Assembly (NCBI GenBank): GCA_016618085.1
Contig: JABLTG010000112.1
Location: 1-64,000, forward strand
Length of the DNA stretch: 64,000 nucleotides
Direction of reading: 5' to 3'
Source: Neovahlkampfia damariscottae
Lineage: Eukaryota
The notes under the pieces were generated by a model. That model was not told the DNA's origin and did no database searches. It was given only the letters and a program-made list of their open reading frames with translations. Both the position numbers and the translations under genes were made by a program. Below, piece by piece: positions 24,961 through 36,963 of this stretch; position 1 is the stretch's first letter, and every line of letters starts with the position of its first letter.

Positions 24961-25675
24961 ATGTCCAAAGTTTTAGTTATTCTTTCAAATGATCAAGAAA
25001 AGGTAGAAGTATCAAAAGAATCAGAAGTTACAAGTTTAGTTTATAAATCAAAAGAAAAACTCTCTTTTGAAGACGAAACATTTGAATCAGTGTTCTCAAA
25101 TGTTTCAGATGAATTATTATTAAAAGAAGCATTTAGAGTTTTAAAAAAAGATGGAAAAATTATAACAAATTCAAATTCAGATTTAGATTTAATGATGTCT
25201 GGTTTCATTGAAGTAGAAAAAATGGAAAACGAAAAATTTACTGCAAAGAAACCATCATATGATTCAAATACAGCTTTTTCATTAAAATCAAAAGAAAAAA
25301 AAACAACATGGAAATTAACTATGGATGATGATAACGAAGATGAAGATGGACTCATAAATGAAGATGACCGTAAGAAAAAAAACAACTAAAACCACTTATG
25401 GTATAGTTCTTGAAGAAGATGATTTAAAAAAACCTGTGGTTAAAGAAAAATGTTCCACTCAAAAAAAAGCTTGTAAAAATTGTACTTGTGGAAGAGCAGA
25501 AGGAAAAATAGTCATTGAAAATACAGATGATATTGATACAACAATATTTGAAGAACAACAAAAGAAAGGAGGTTGTGGTAGTTGCGCTTTAGGTGACGCT
25601 TTTCGTTGTTCAAGTTGTCCATATCTTGGAATGCCTTCATTCAAACCAGGTGAAAAAGTTCAAATAAAACTTTAA
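24961..25675 (+). CDS. CIAPIN1: Anamorsin/Dre2 Fe-S cluster assembly protein, 2 exons
   Basis: [10 protein letters not shown] and [29 protein letters not shown] motifs. Confidence 0.93.
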
Positions 25676-25684
25676 ATTTTTTTT

Positions 25685-26149
25685 TTACTTTAAATATTTA
25701 TTTGATAAAGCTAAAACTTTATCTTTGAAGTATGTACTTTGTAATTCTGAATTTGTCTCATAAAAAGGATTTAATTGGATTTTTACATATAATTCATGTA
25801 CCTCTTGAAAAAAGGTTTTAATTCCTTCTTCTGATTTGTTTTCATGAAGCAAACAAAATTTTATGACTTTTTTTTTAATTTTTTTTTTTTTTACATCCTG
25901 GAGTCACATAAGAAGAAACAGAATATTTTGAAATATTATCGACATTTTTTAAATATAACTGATTTGTTTGCCATACAAGTTCGTCGATCATATCAAGTGA
26001 AGAGTGAATCATAAATTGTTTGAACTCAGAAATATTTGTGTTTTTCTTTGTTTTTTTTTTAGAATAGAATAATTTACACTTAATTCAAATTCAAATAAAG
26101 ATTTATCATGTTTTCCAATAATAACAAAATACGCTGATGAGCTGGACAT
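25685..26149 (-). CDS. TRAPPC2: Sedlin / TRAPP subunit 2 (Trs20), 3 exons; absent from ORF track
   Basis: Spliced translation YFVIIGKHD...QFMIHSSLDMIDELVW...YLKNVD...FFQEVHELYVKIQLNPFY. Confidence 0.9.
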
Positions 26150-26194
26150 GAATAAAAATAAGGTTTGATTGGTTGATTCCAATGGAAACTTTTG
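26150..26194. promoter_or_regulatory. 45-bp bidirectional promoter with ATTGG and CCAAT boxes
   Basis: Lies between the divergent ATGs at 26149 (-) and 26195 (+); ATTGG 26168-72, CCAAT 26179-83. Confidence 0.6.
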
Positions 26195-26894
26195 ATGGAA
26201 AGTGTGAATGAGAGTGTGAATCTACTTGATCAAAAAAGTGAAAAAATTGATTGGAAAAAACCACTTACAGAGAATTTAGATCCTGTTTTAGCTTCTATGG
26301 CCTGGGCAAAAGTACATCGCTCAATACATGAAGATACAAAACCAATGTGTTTTTCAAGTAAAATAAGACATCAAATTGGTGTAATATTGGAAGACAAATT
26401 CATACAATATATTTTATTATTCCTTTTATTTGTTGATATTGCTCTTTTATTTGTTGATTTATCATTGGAAGCTTTTTATCATCGTAAGAGAATCAAAAAT
26501 TAAAAAACAAAAAGATAAATTACCTGAATGGGCACAAAAATTAGAAGTTGTTACACATTATGCAACTTTAGTTATTCTTTGTATATTCGAAATTGAATTA
26601 CTTTTATTGATGTTTAGTTATGGTCTTCATTTTGTGTTCCATCCAATGTATGTAATTGATTGGATAGTTGTGACTGCAGCTATATTTTTCGAAATAATCT
26701 TCAAAGATTCATTAATTGCATTAATTCCATCATTTTTAAGAATGTGGAGAATTATCAGAGTTTCACAAGGTATTCTATTGGCAGGTAAAGAAATTCATGA
26801 CAAACAAACTGAAAAATTGAACAAAAAAATTGAAGAATTAGAAAAAGAAATCAAAGAATTGAAAGAAGAAAAAATGAAAATTGAAATAAAATGA
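26195..26894 (+). CDS. HVCN1: Voltage-gated proton channel Hv1-like, 2 exons
   Basis: Four TM voltage-sensor helices with S1 Asp (LFVDIA), S4 RMWRIIR (RxWRxxR signature), C-terminal coiled coil and no pore domain. Confidence 0.82.
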
Positions 26895-26960
26895 ACCTAA
26901 AAACAACTTCAAGCTTGCAAAAAAGATTCAAAAAACACTATTGAAGAAAATAAACTTTTT

Positions 26961-29490
26961 TCATTTTTTAACATCTTCTTTACATTGAAAACTTCCATTC
27001 AAATTTCCAATTTCTTGAGTAAATGATTGTATTGAAGAAATGAATTGAATTTTTGCTTCTTTTTTTCCAGTCAAACCAGTTAAAGGTAAAACACATGTTC
27101 CTATTAAATTTTCCGATATAGAATTACCCAATGACAAATCTGAAATGGAAATCATCAAAAATTGTTTTGATAAAAAGTTTCTATCATTGTAAATTGGATA
27201 CAATGGTGGTATTTCAAATCCATCAAGTTCAGGATTGATAGTTGGTTCATATCCAGATTTATTTTGTTTTGATTTTGTTGAAGTGACTGAACAAGTTTCC
27301 AAGAAATTTCCATGAACAGTTAAAAGTGGTTTTTTTATGATATCTCCATTTTTCATGTCTGTTAAATACAACTTACTAAACTTCATAACTAATTGATTTG
27401 TTTGGTCAGAAAAACAAGATGCATATAATCTATGGGTTGCGCATTTAAAAATTCCAATGATTGGTAGATCTTCAGAATCAATTTTGATACTTTCATATTT
27501 CACGACTTCTGTTGTTAAATTTGAATGTGTTTTATAAATTATTCTGTCATTATAACTTGGTTTAACTTTTGGAACATATTTTCCATTTTTATCAAATTTT
27601 GAATTTGGAAGGAAGTCAATTTTGCCTTCAGAAAAGCCAGCAAATGTTCTTTTTGTTAAAATATCATATTGCAAGGAATCATTATTCAACAATGAAGATA
27701 TCTAAATGAGAGATTAGAAATTTCATTTTTAGATTTACATTATTTTCTTCAATATACTCTAAGACATCCTCTTCATCACAAGAAAGTTCAAAATTCAAAT
27801 TACCTAACCAAAATAGATGATTAAATTGTGATATATCTAAATTATTCATTCCGAGTTTTAAACCATTCATAATTGACATGATATTGATTCTTCTATTTTT
27901 AGCATCTTCATTTAATTGAGCACCAACAAAACAAAATGTTGTTTCATTAAATTTGAATGATACGCCAATTGAACCAAATAAACCGAATTGATTATTTGTA
28001 CCACTTGTATTTTTCAAATCATACTGAATATTTGTAATGATTGGTAGATGAATTGATTTGGCCAATAAAATCAAACAAATGTTTGATGAAATGACAAATG
28101 ACAAAATTGAATATTCAGGTTCAAATCTTTCAAAAAATGATGAAATATTTGAATCATTAATAGATTGTAAACACATTAAAAATATATCAGTTTCGCCTAA
28201 ATCCAATTTTTCAAGCAAGTTTTGAAACGATTTTTTATCTTGATTCTTCCAAGTAATACATTGAATTAATATATTTTCAACCAAATCAGATGATAAATTA
28301 ACTTTTGCAGTTCCTTTTTTTTTGTCAAATAAAATTACACTCGAAAAAGAATTATCTTCCAATGCAAATTTTGGTGAATAACAAAATGAAACTCTTCTTC
28401 CTAAATGAGTCAATTCATAAAATGTTTGTCTCATTTGAGAATTTTCAAAAATTAATTCATAATCATGAATAGCATCTAAGAATTTCAATTTTAAAACTAA
28501 TGGATCATTGATATTCTTTTCAATTAAAAATAAATTATCCATTGGGTATTCTTTTTGATCTTTTCTACTATTTTGATTTCTAATTTTTCTTGAAAATAAA
28601 TCTAATAACCATAATCTATATCGTCTGGTTAATAAACCACCTTTGAAAGGAATTTAAAATAAACTAGAATAAAACGAACCATCTGGGTTATATTTTATAA
28701 CTTTAAATAATGGATTAAGTAAATCTAATATCTCTGATGATGGTTCTTTGATTAATTGTTGTTTTATTGATCTATTGGTAGTTACAGATTTTCCAACTAT
28801 TTTTGAATATTTTCTTTCTAAGCTTTTATAGATTGAAATATCAATTTTCTTTTGATCAAATTCATTCAAGTTTGAAATTGGTGAATTTTCAATTGGACTT
28901 GTATTTCTTGATTCAACTTCTTCTTCTTCGTCTTCTTCAAAAAATTCATCTAAAGCCAATGAAGGTAATTCTCGATAAGAAATAGGTCTTGAACCTCTAC
29001 CTCTTGAAATATTCAAAATTGATGGTTTTTGTTTTTTTGGTTCATCCAATGATTGTGCATTGACTAATGACAGTTCCATGACAATAGAAACCAAATTTTC
29101 AATTTCACAGTTATACTCTGATATACTTTTTGAATTTTCACCACTTTGTTTTTTTAAAGTCAAAAGTTCTCCTCTCAGTTTTCCAATAAGGTCTGTTTGT
29201 TTCTGGTTTCTTTCAATTTCTTTTTCGACTTGTTTTTTTAGTAAATTGATTTCTGATTTTAGTTCTTGGTTTTCTTGCTCTTTTTTATTTATATGTTGTG
29301 GTTGTTTGAATTGAGTTTCTTGAATTACTTCCGAAGTTGGAGAATTTTCCAAGTTTTCTTCTTCTTCTGTTGGAGTGTCTTCAATAGGTGTCCAATTAGT
29401 CATACGGTTCAATGTTCTCGGAGACTTAACTCTGTATCTCTTTGAAGCTCCTAATGGTTCACTACTCTTCACTTTTTCATCAGAGGACAT
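26961..29490 (-). CDS. Inositol polyphosphate 5-phosphatase-like protein with N-terminal coiled coil and C-terminal C2-like domain; catalytic motifs degenerate
   Basis: GSIGVSFKFNETTFCFV, HLFWLGNLNF, PSYNDRIIY; two GT-AG introns join the three ORF-track pieces. Confidence 0.75.
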
Positions 29491-29524
29491 TGGAAAAAAT
29501 TAACCAATAAAGGAGTTCCACGTC

Positions 29525-32500
29525 CGTAGAGGTTAACACCTCCGAAAATTCTTTCATTGTGAAAGATAAAACTGGACAAACATTGGTTTCTCTTACATTA
29601 GGACCAGCTACCCAACTCACAGTTGATGGAAAAAACATCACAGCTGGAAAACCAACAAAAAAACAAAAAAAGAAAAACAACAAAAATCAAGAGCCAACTG
29701 AAACACAATTGACAATTATTATTTTGACCAAATCATTCAAAACACATCCACACCAAAATTGAAACACTCATCAAAAAATTCCTCAAGATCCAGCTCTTCA
29801 AAAAGAAAAAGAGACGAAATGGTGATAGAAAATCTTTCCTCCAAAGAAATCAATACACCAACAAAAGATTCACCAGAACAAAAAAAATCTAAACTAACAT
29901 CTAATGTAAGAAAAGATTCTCACACTTCAACAGATTACAAAGAAGTATTTGCACAATTTGACTACAGCAAACAACTCATCACTTCTGAAGTAACTGAAAT
30001 TGAATTTGATTCAACCACAGTAAAAACAGCTGCTAAAGGACAAGTGCAAGCAACCTTGGACAAATGGAAAACGCCACCTGCGCCAGACAGCGCTGTTCCA
30101 ACACCTGATGATTCTTTTAATGGGTCCTAGGACCACCACTATCATCACATACAATGTAAACTCGTTGAATGTTCGTAGTAACAAGTTAGTTGAATACATC
30201 ACGAACAAAAAACCGGATATTTTACTACTACAGGACGTAAAAGTAGCAAAAAATCAGGAGAACAAAAAATTAAAAACATTTCACAATCAATTAGCAAAAA
30301 TTGACTATAAAATGTTTACAAGCTTAGAACTTGAATCAAAAGGTGGAGTTGCGATTATTACAAATGTAAAAGACTTAAAGGTAATCTCTGAAACCCCAAG
30401 AATTATACACACCACTTATCAAAATACACTCATCATCGGTATATATGGCATCTCAAACTTTGAGGCTCATAGAACAGAAGAAGAGGAATTTTACAAAGAC
30501 TTGAACAAAGTAATACAACAACAACTTATATATCCTTTGCAATAAAATAATCATTGGTAGAGACTGGAATATACCCACAAAGTATAATAACCCTTCAACA
30601 TATTCAAGAAACAGAATTCGTCAACCTTCAAAAAGAATGTTACAATTCTTAGAAGAAAATGATTTAATGGAGGATTTAAACGAAAATCCAACCTTTCCGT
30701 CGGACACATGTTACAGACAATGTGCTCAACAAAAACTGGATTACTTTTTAATGTCCAAAAATACAATAGTTCAGTCAGCGAAAAAAAACAATGACTTGAC
30801 CTCAGACCACCATGCTGTAAACTTACAAGTGCAAATTCACAGAAATAACAAAAAGATTTACTCCTTATACAACTACGAAAGTTGATACAGAAGCAGTTAT
30901 AAACTGGGAACCTTTAAAAAAAGCGAAATTTGAAGTTAAAGAAAATGAAACAATGGAAGAAATGTCCAAAAGATTCATTGATACAGTTACAACAGCCATG
31001 GAACAAATACCAACAAAAAAATCAAATCCAGACCTTAATATTGACTTTCAAATTTCATTTTGGAACAACAAAAAGAAATGGATCAGAAAAAAAATTAAAA
31101 AATTAAACAAAACATTGATTGGGAAAAAATTGAGCAATTAGCAGAGTTGTTGCGAGTAACACAGCAACTGATACAAAACAAGAGATTTCTAATTGTTACC
31201 AGATCAAAAAATAATTACATACAAAAATTCAGAATTGAGCAACACAAAAGATCCAAGTGGTACTACAACGCAGTCCTACAGTCTTATCAACCTCAAATTC
31301 CGCTCTCTACTGTTTATTCATATGACCCTCTAAAAAACCAAGAAATAACAACTTCAAAAAAGGAAATAGTACAAAAAGAAGCTCAGCTCTTTTACAAGAA
31401 TTTATATAAAGCAAAGTTCAGTAGAATTAGTGAGAAACCTTGGTTAAAAAATAAAAAAGATCGAATGATAGACAACCAATTAACAAAACCAATTCAAATG
31501 AAGGAATTATCAGAGATACTTCCAACCTTAAACGCAACAAAAGCTTCAAGTATTGATGGAATACAAAATATTATCTTTAAACACCTCAGTCCATCGCTTC
31601 TGTCAGGATTGTTATTGCTGTTTAACAAATGCATCAAAACTGGAGATGTACCAAATAGCTGGAAAACGGGTACGATAACTCTTTTATTTAAAGGAGGTGA
31701 CAGGTTTAGCCTTCAACAATATCGACCTATCACACTGCTTAATAATATCTACAAATTGTTCACGAGAATTTTAAAGATCAGACTCAAGAACCTTATGGAA
31801 AAACACGGAAACTTATCAGACGACCAAAACGGTTTCAGAGCAGGAAAATGCACCAAAGCAAAACTCTCACTGGTAATGTCTGTTTTACAAGATGCAAAGC
31901 AACATAAATCAAATCTCTTCTTGGCATACTTGGATATCACTAAAGCTTTCGGCAGTGTACAATTTATTGGAATTAAAGATGCTCTCCAATACTACACGGA
32001 TTAGGACAAGAAGACATTTCGCTAATAATGAATGTTATCACTAATGGTCAAGTCAAATAGGTACAGCCTATGGATTATCTGAATCATTTCCAATTCAAAG
32101 TTGAGTGAGACAAGGAGATATTTTATCACCTTTGCTATTTATACTCTTTATACAAATGGGTTTAGACCATTTAAAAATAAAAAATGGTTATACATTAAGA
32201 ACACTGAATAGAACTACCATAAAAGCAGCTGCCTTTGCGAACGATATGCTATTGATGAGTAATCGATTGGATCATCTTCAAGATAATGTAAATAGAATGG
32301 CAACATTCTTAGACCACTATGATCTACAACTCAATCGTAGCAAATGTGGTTTCCAAACAAATCAAAAGAATGAATCATCAAAACTCTTTGCAACAGGAAA
32401 GAAATTATGAAAGTAGAAACTTACAAATACCTAGGAGTTCATTTAAACATTAATCTCCGTTTCAATGTACATGAAAGGAAACTTAAAGAAAAAATAGAAA

Positions 32501-33426
32501 AAACTGCTGAAAAATTATTCAAAAAAGTTATCTTTTGAATCCTTTAAACGCTGCACAATTAATAAACACCACAATTATGAGTCAAGTTGGATATGCAATT
32601 GAACTTATTAATTACTCATCTAACTTTCTTCGTGATGTGGACAGACTATGCAAAAAAATTATGAAATCAGTTTTAAACATTCCAATTACAGCAAAAACAG
32701 ATTTGTTATATGAAGAATTAGGCTTAATACACATTCAAACACTGAAACACAAAAGAGTATTAGAGCTAACATTGAAACTACTTGAACAAGAGCACCCAGA
32801 CAACCACAGAAATGCCAAATTGTCGGAACTGCTATATTACCAAAAAACGATCACACCACCATTAAAAAGAGTAACATCATTTACTAATAATGGCTCATTT
32901 GGTCCAAAAATTTTAACTGCGTTAAATGAACTTGACACTTATTTCGTCAGAAATGTAACAGGAAAGATTGAGCTATATCGATCAGACCCAAACTCACTAT
33001 ATTGGAACAAAATAAGTGAATTATCCTCAGAAAATCTGTTTGTAAAATTAGATGTTGGAAAATTCAAAATTGGGAACCTTTCAAAAGGAGAACAATCATT
33101 CATATTAGGCAATAAGTCAGAAGAAACTGATACTAAACAATTCAACAGTTGTTGAAAAGATAAAACGGTTATGGAAAAATTCAGAAAGAAAAAATTCACT
33201 CTATTATATGTTAAGTCATGTGCTATTAGGGGTACAATTGATGGACATCAATTCAAGAAACTGAATTCAAAAGAAATCAAAGAGATCAGGGTCCAAAAAC
33301 TCAAAATACTCAAAGATGTAATAATAAGTTGGAATCAACGGTGCAAAATAGTAATAGATGATGTTAGATACGCTTAAATGGTTTAGCCAATAAAATTTCG
33401 TTTTGAAAAAAAAAAAAAGAAAAAAA
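29525..33426 (+). mobile_element. Degenerate non-LTR retrotransposon (LINE; ORF1 + APE endonuclease-RT ORF2)
   Basis: APE motifs ITYNVNSL, GGVAI, KLDYFL, SDHHAV; RT motifs [41 protein letters not shown]; many stops and frameshifts; AATAAA at 33389 then poly-A; TSD 29509-29524 / 33427-33442 (14/16). Confidence 0.93.
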
Positions 33427-33514
33427 AAAGTAGTTCCGCGTCATGTAAAAACTTTTCGTCAATCAATTTTGACTGAGCATTCAAAAAAATAGAAATTTTA
33501 TTCTGATTTCCGAT

Positions 33515-35694
33515 TCATTTTCCTTTTTTTTTCTTTTTTTCTTTGGCATTCAAGAATTTTTTCATTTCAATTTTTTGAACAATTTGCCTATCAATCATTT
33601 CCTCTGAGAATATTATTTCTTGATCAATATCAATAAATTGATCAAATGCTTCATTTAATAATTTACAACATAAATCATGAGGAGATTCACCCCTACTATC
33701 ATCTTTAGTATCGTCCTCGTTCAATTTATGAATCAAAATAACCAATAGTTTAACAGTTTCAGAAGTTGCAAATTTGACTGCATAATGCAGTGGAGTATAA
33801 CCAAGATTTTTATCATTTGCTGTAATCAAATTTTTGAACGAAGATAGTTTTTCATCATCAAATTGTAAAAATTTCTTTAAAACATCAGTTCTTTGATTTC
33901 TGGCAATCATATGAAATAAATTTCTTCCATTTACATCAGAGCAGAAAAGATCCATTCCTTTATGATGAATTAATTTTTCAATAAATGAAACGTTAGCCTT
34001 TTCTAAACTTCTGATGAAAGGATTTGATCCAAGTTGGTCCCTTGCATTTATTTTCAATTCATCTCTTTTGATCAACCAGGAATAAATATCAACATCACCT
34101 CTTTGTGCTGCTTCGTGTAATGCTGTTAATCCATTATCTCTTTTAAAATTGATATCAGCATTAAAAAGAATCAAGTTATCTGCAAGTTCAAAGAAATGCT
34201 GTTTTAAGGATAACATCAGTGGTGTATAGCCATAATGATCTCTCACATTAACTTTAGATTGATTTCCTAACAACAAAAGAGCTATGTCATTATTTCCTGA
34301 AGAACAAGCAAGATGTAATGGTGATCTATAAAGGTTATCTTCAGCGTTAACATTTATGCCCTTATTGATCAATGCCTCACAAATTTGAAAACTATTGGCA
34401 ATCACTGCAATATGCAACAGAGTTTTTTGTTCACATTTTTGAAAGAAATCAATTTCATTGTCATCCAAAAAGGTTGAAAAAGTTTCAAAGTCACCATTTG
34501 AAACTGCATCAAAAAATATTTCTTGTTTAGATTTTTTCTCAATCTCTTCATCTTCAAATTCTTTGAGGTATGGTGCTGGTGACAATGTATCTGGATAAAA
34601 TGATTGCATTCTTGTAAATGATGGATGTTTTTTTATTTCATCTTCCAAAATGCTATCTGATTTGGTTAAACTATCAACAAGAACTTCAACATCATCCGTT
34701 TCTCCTTCCAAGTCTAATTCTTGTTGTTCATTTTCATCTGATAAAAAAATGATTGAACCATCAAATTCAAAACTACCAGATGCTATTTTTGAGCCAACAA
34801 TAGATCTTGGTGTCATTGCTGAATTACTTTTGATTTCTCTACTTTTCCCAAAGAATCCTAAATCAGATAGACTCAATGATTTCCTTTTCTTTTTTGTTGA
34901 CTCTTGAAATTTTGGATACATTTCATTGACAACAATTGCTGCCACTTCTTGTTCAGGTTTTTTGAACAAATTAACATTCTTTTCATAAAATTTTGTCATA
35001 CAATCAGAAATTGAATTCAAAGGTATATCCAGAAATTTCTCTGAAGAAGGTGTGAAATATTCAAAAAATACTTCTTGTAGCATGTTCCAAACAACATCAT
35101 CTGAAAATTCATCTTTTTTTTTTACAAAATTATCTACATCCAATAAAAATTGAATGAAATGATCTTTCTTATTTTCTCGTGCCACATATTTTTTAAATTT
35201 TGAAAAATCAGAGGAAGTTTTGATTTTTCCATGAAAAGTCAAAGTTTGTGGCGACACAACGTCGTCTTTAAAAAAACTTGAAATGTTCAAGTCTTTCATT
35301 TTATCTGGTTTTTTTAGTGAAACTAAATTCCCAATTTTAAATTTTTTTAAAATATCTTGTGCCACTTTTCCATGACCATATAAATTAAAACTCTCGGTTG
35401 AGTCTCCTCCAACATGATTTAAAATTAGTAAACCACCTGAGAGGATAAATAGAATGAAAAATATATGTGAAACCTACCTGGATGTTTATTAATGTATTGA
35501 GTTATATCATAAACTTCTTCTCTTATAATTGTCCAAGCATCATTTTCTGTGTTGTGACTCGAAACGTCTTCAATGGTGTACAAATTATGTATTTTAGCAT
35601 TTGAAACATATGGTTTAAGAGGGTTAGGCAAAACCCTTAAGTCATCATCTTCATCATTTATCCGGCTACTTGTGAAGCGTAGTTTAGTTTTCAT
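33515..35694 (-). CDS. Cytochrome b5 - RGS - ankyrin-repeat fusion protein (~712 aa, 2 exons)
   Basis: Intron 35437-35477 joins ...YDITQYINKHP/GGLLILNHVGGDSTESFNLYGHGKVAQDILKKFKIGNL in frame to the 616-aa ORF. RGS-like FKKYVARE...QFLLDVDNF...YFTPSSEKFLDIP...MYPKFQES; ankyrin TPLHYA/SPLHLA repeats. Confidence 0.8.
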
Positions 35695-35760
35695 GATTTA
35701 ATGTTCCACCAATCAGAATATAGACCCAACTAAATGGAAAGCTTGGTGGTTTTTTAAATT

Positions 35761-36848
35761 TTATTTGTTAAATTTCAGTAAAGAATTTAAAATGTCATTG
35801 GAGGAGTGTTTCAAAGCAATTTTTTGGGCAGTCTTTGTCAATTTATAGATTTCAGTTTTACTTCCTTTGTTTTCCATCACACAAACAGCTAAATTTGCCA
35901 TAACCAAACCAATTTGTTTATGATCTTCAGGTAAACAATTTTTTAAAATTGTCAAACTTCTTCTATAAATATCTTCTGCTTCTTTAAATTCTTTCAATTG
36001 ATACTTCAATTTTGCAAAATTAGCATAAGTTAAACCACCTTCATATGAACTAATTTGATTTGGATTTCTTGAAATTCTTTCGATTGAATCTTCCAAATAT
36101 TTTTCTGCTTCTTGTAATTTATCCATTGACATCAATGACATTGAAATATTATTCAAAACTGAGATGAAAATTGGATTGTTTGAAAAATTTCCTTTTAAAA
36201 GATTGATTGATTCTGTAAAACATGGTATTGCTTCATCAAATTTGTTTAAATAATGATAACTCAAGCCTTTGTTATTTAAAGTAATTCCTAGTTGTCCTTT
36301 TACCTCATTTAGACTTGCTAAATCTTTTTGAGCTTTTAATAACTCGTATCTCAAAATTTCACTTTTGTTAAAATTCTCTAACGCCTTCTCATAATCCTTC
36401 TTATTTTCTAAATAGAATCTTTGTGAAAAAAATTAAAATTTTGATTTTTTTACAATCCAATGTTATTATATAGTGTTCCTAATTGACTGGAAAAAATATT
36501 TTCATTTTCTTTTTCTGTCCAAATATCTAAACTGATTTGATAAAGTTTTTCAATTTTTTCAATTTCTTTTGGAGAATGTTTACGAAGACATTCAGCAAAA
36601 TTATTGAAAGCAATACCAAGTAAAGGATGATTCTTTGGTAATTCTTCTGATAAGTTTGTTGAAGATTCTTCAAATAGTTTAGTCGCTTCTTCAAGTTTGT
36701 TGGTTTCAAAAAACATAATTGCTTGTTTTAAGACATCACCATGTGGCTTTGCTTTTGGATATTTGATAAAAATGTCTTCTTGAGTTGAGTATAACTTTGG
36801 AATTGTGTTGTTCAACAACCTTTTGTTTAACAATAATTTTTTCAGCAT
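35761..36848 (-). CDS. TPR-repeat protein (kinesin-light-chain-type TPRs) with presequence-like N-terminus, 2 exons
   Basis: Repeated xNNxA/G...A...Y...SL motifs; intron at ~36419-36453. Confidence 0.75.
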
Positions 36849-36963
36849 TTTAATTGGACAAATATTTTTCCACAAATTATTTCCATGTGAAATTAAAATT
36901 AAAAAAATTGTGAAAATTGAGGCTTTTCAGTTGATCAATATTTTTACCAATCAGATTATTTCA

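Noticed and set aside
33430..33500. tRNA gene at the LINE target site (TRE-like targeting)
   Set aside because: No cloverleaf or A/B boxes visible next to either TSD.
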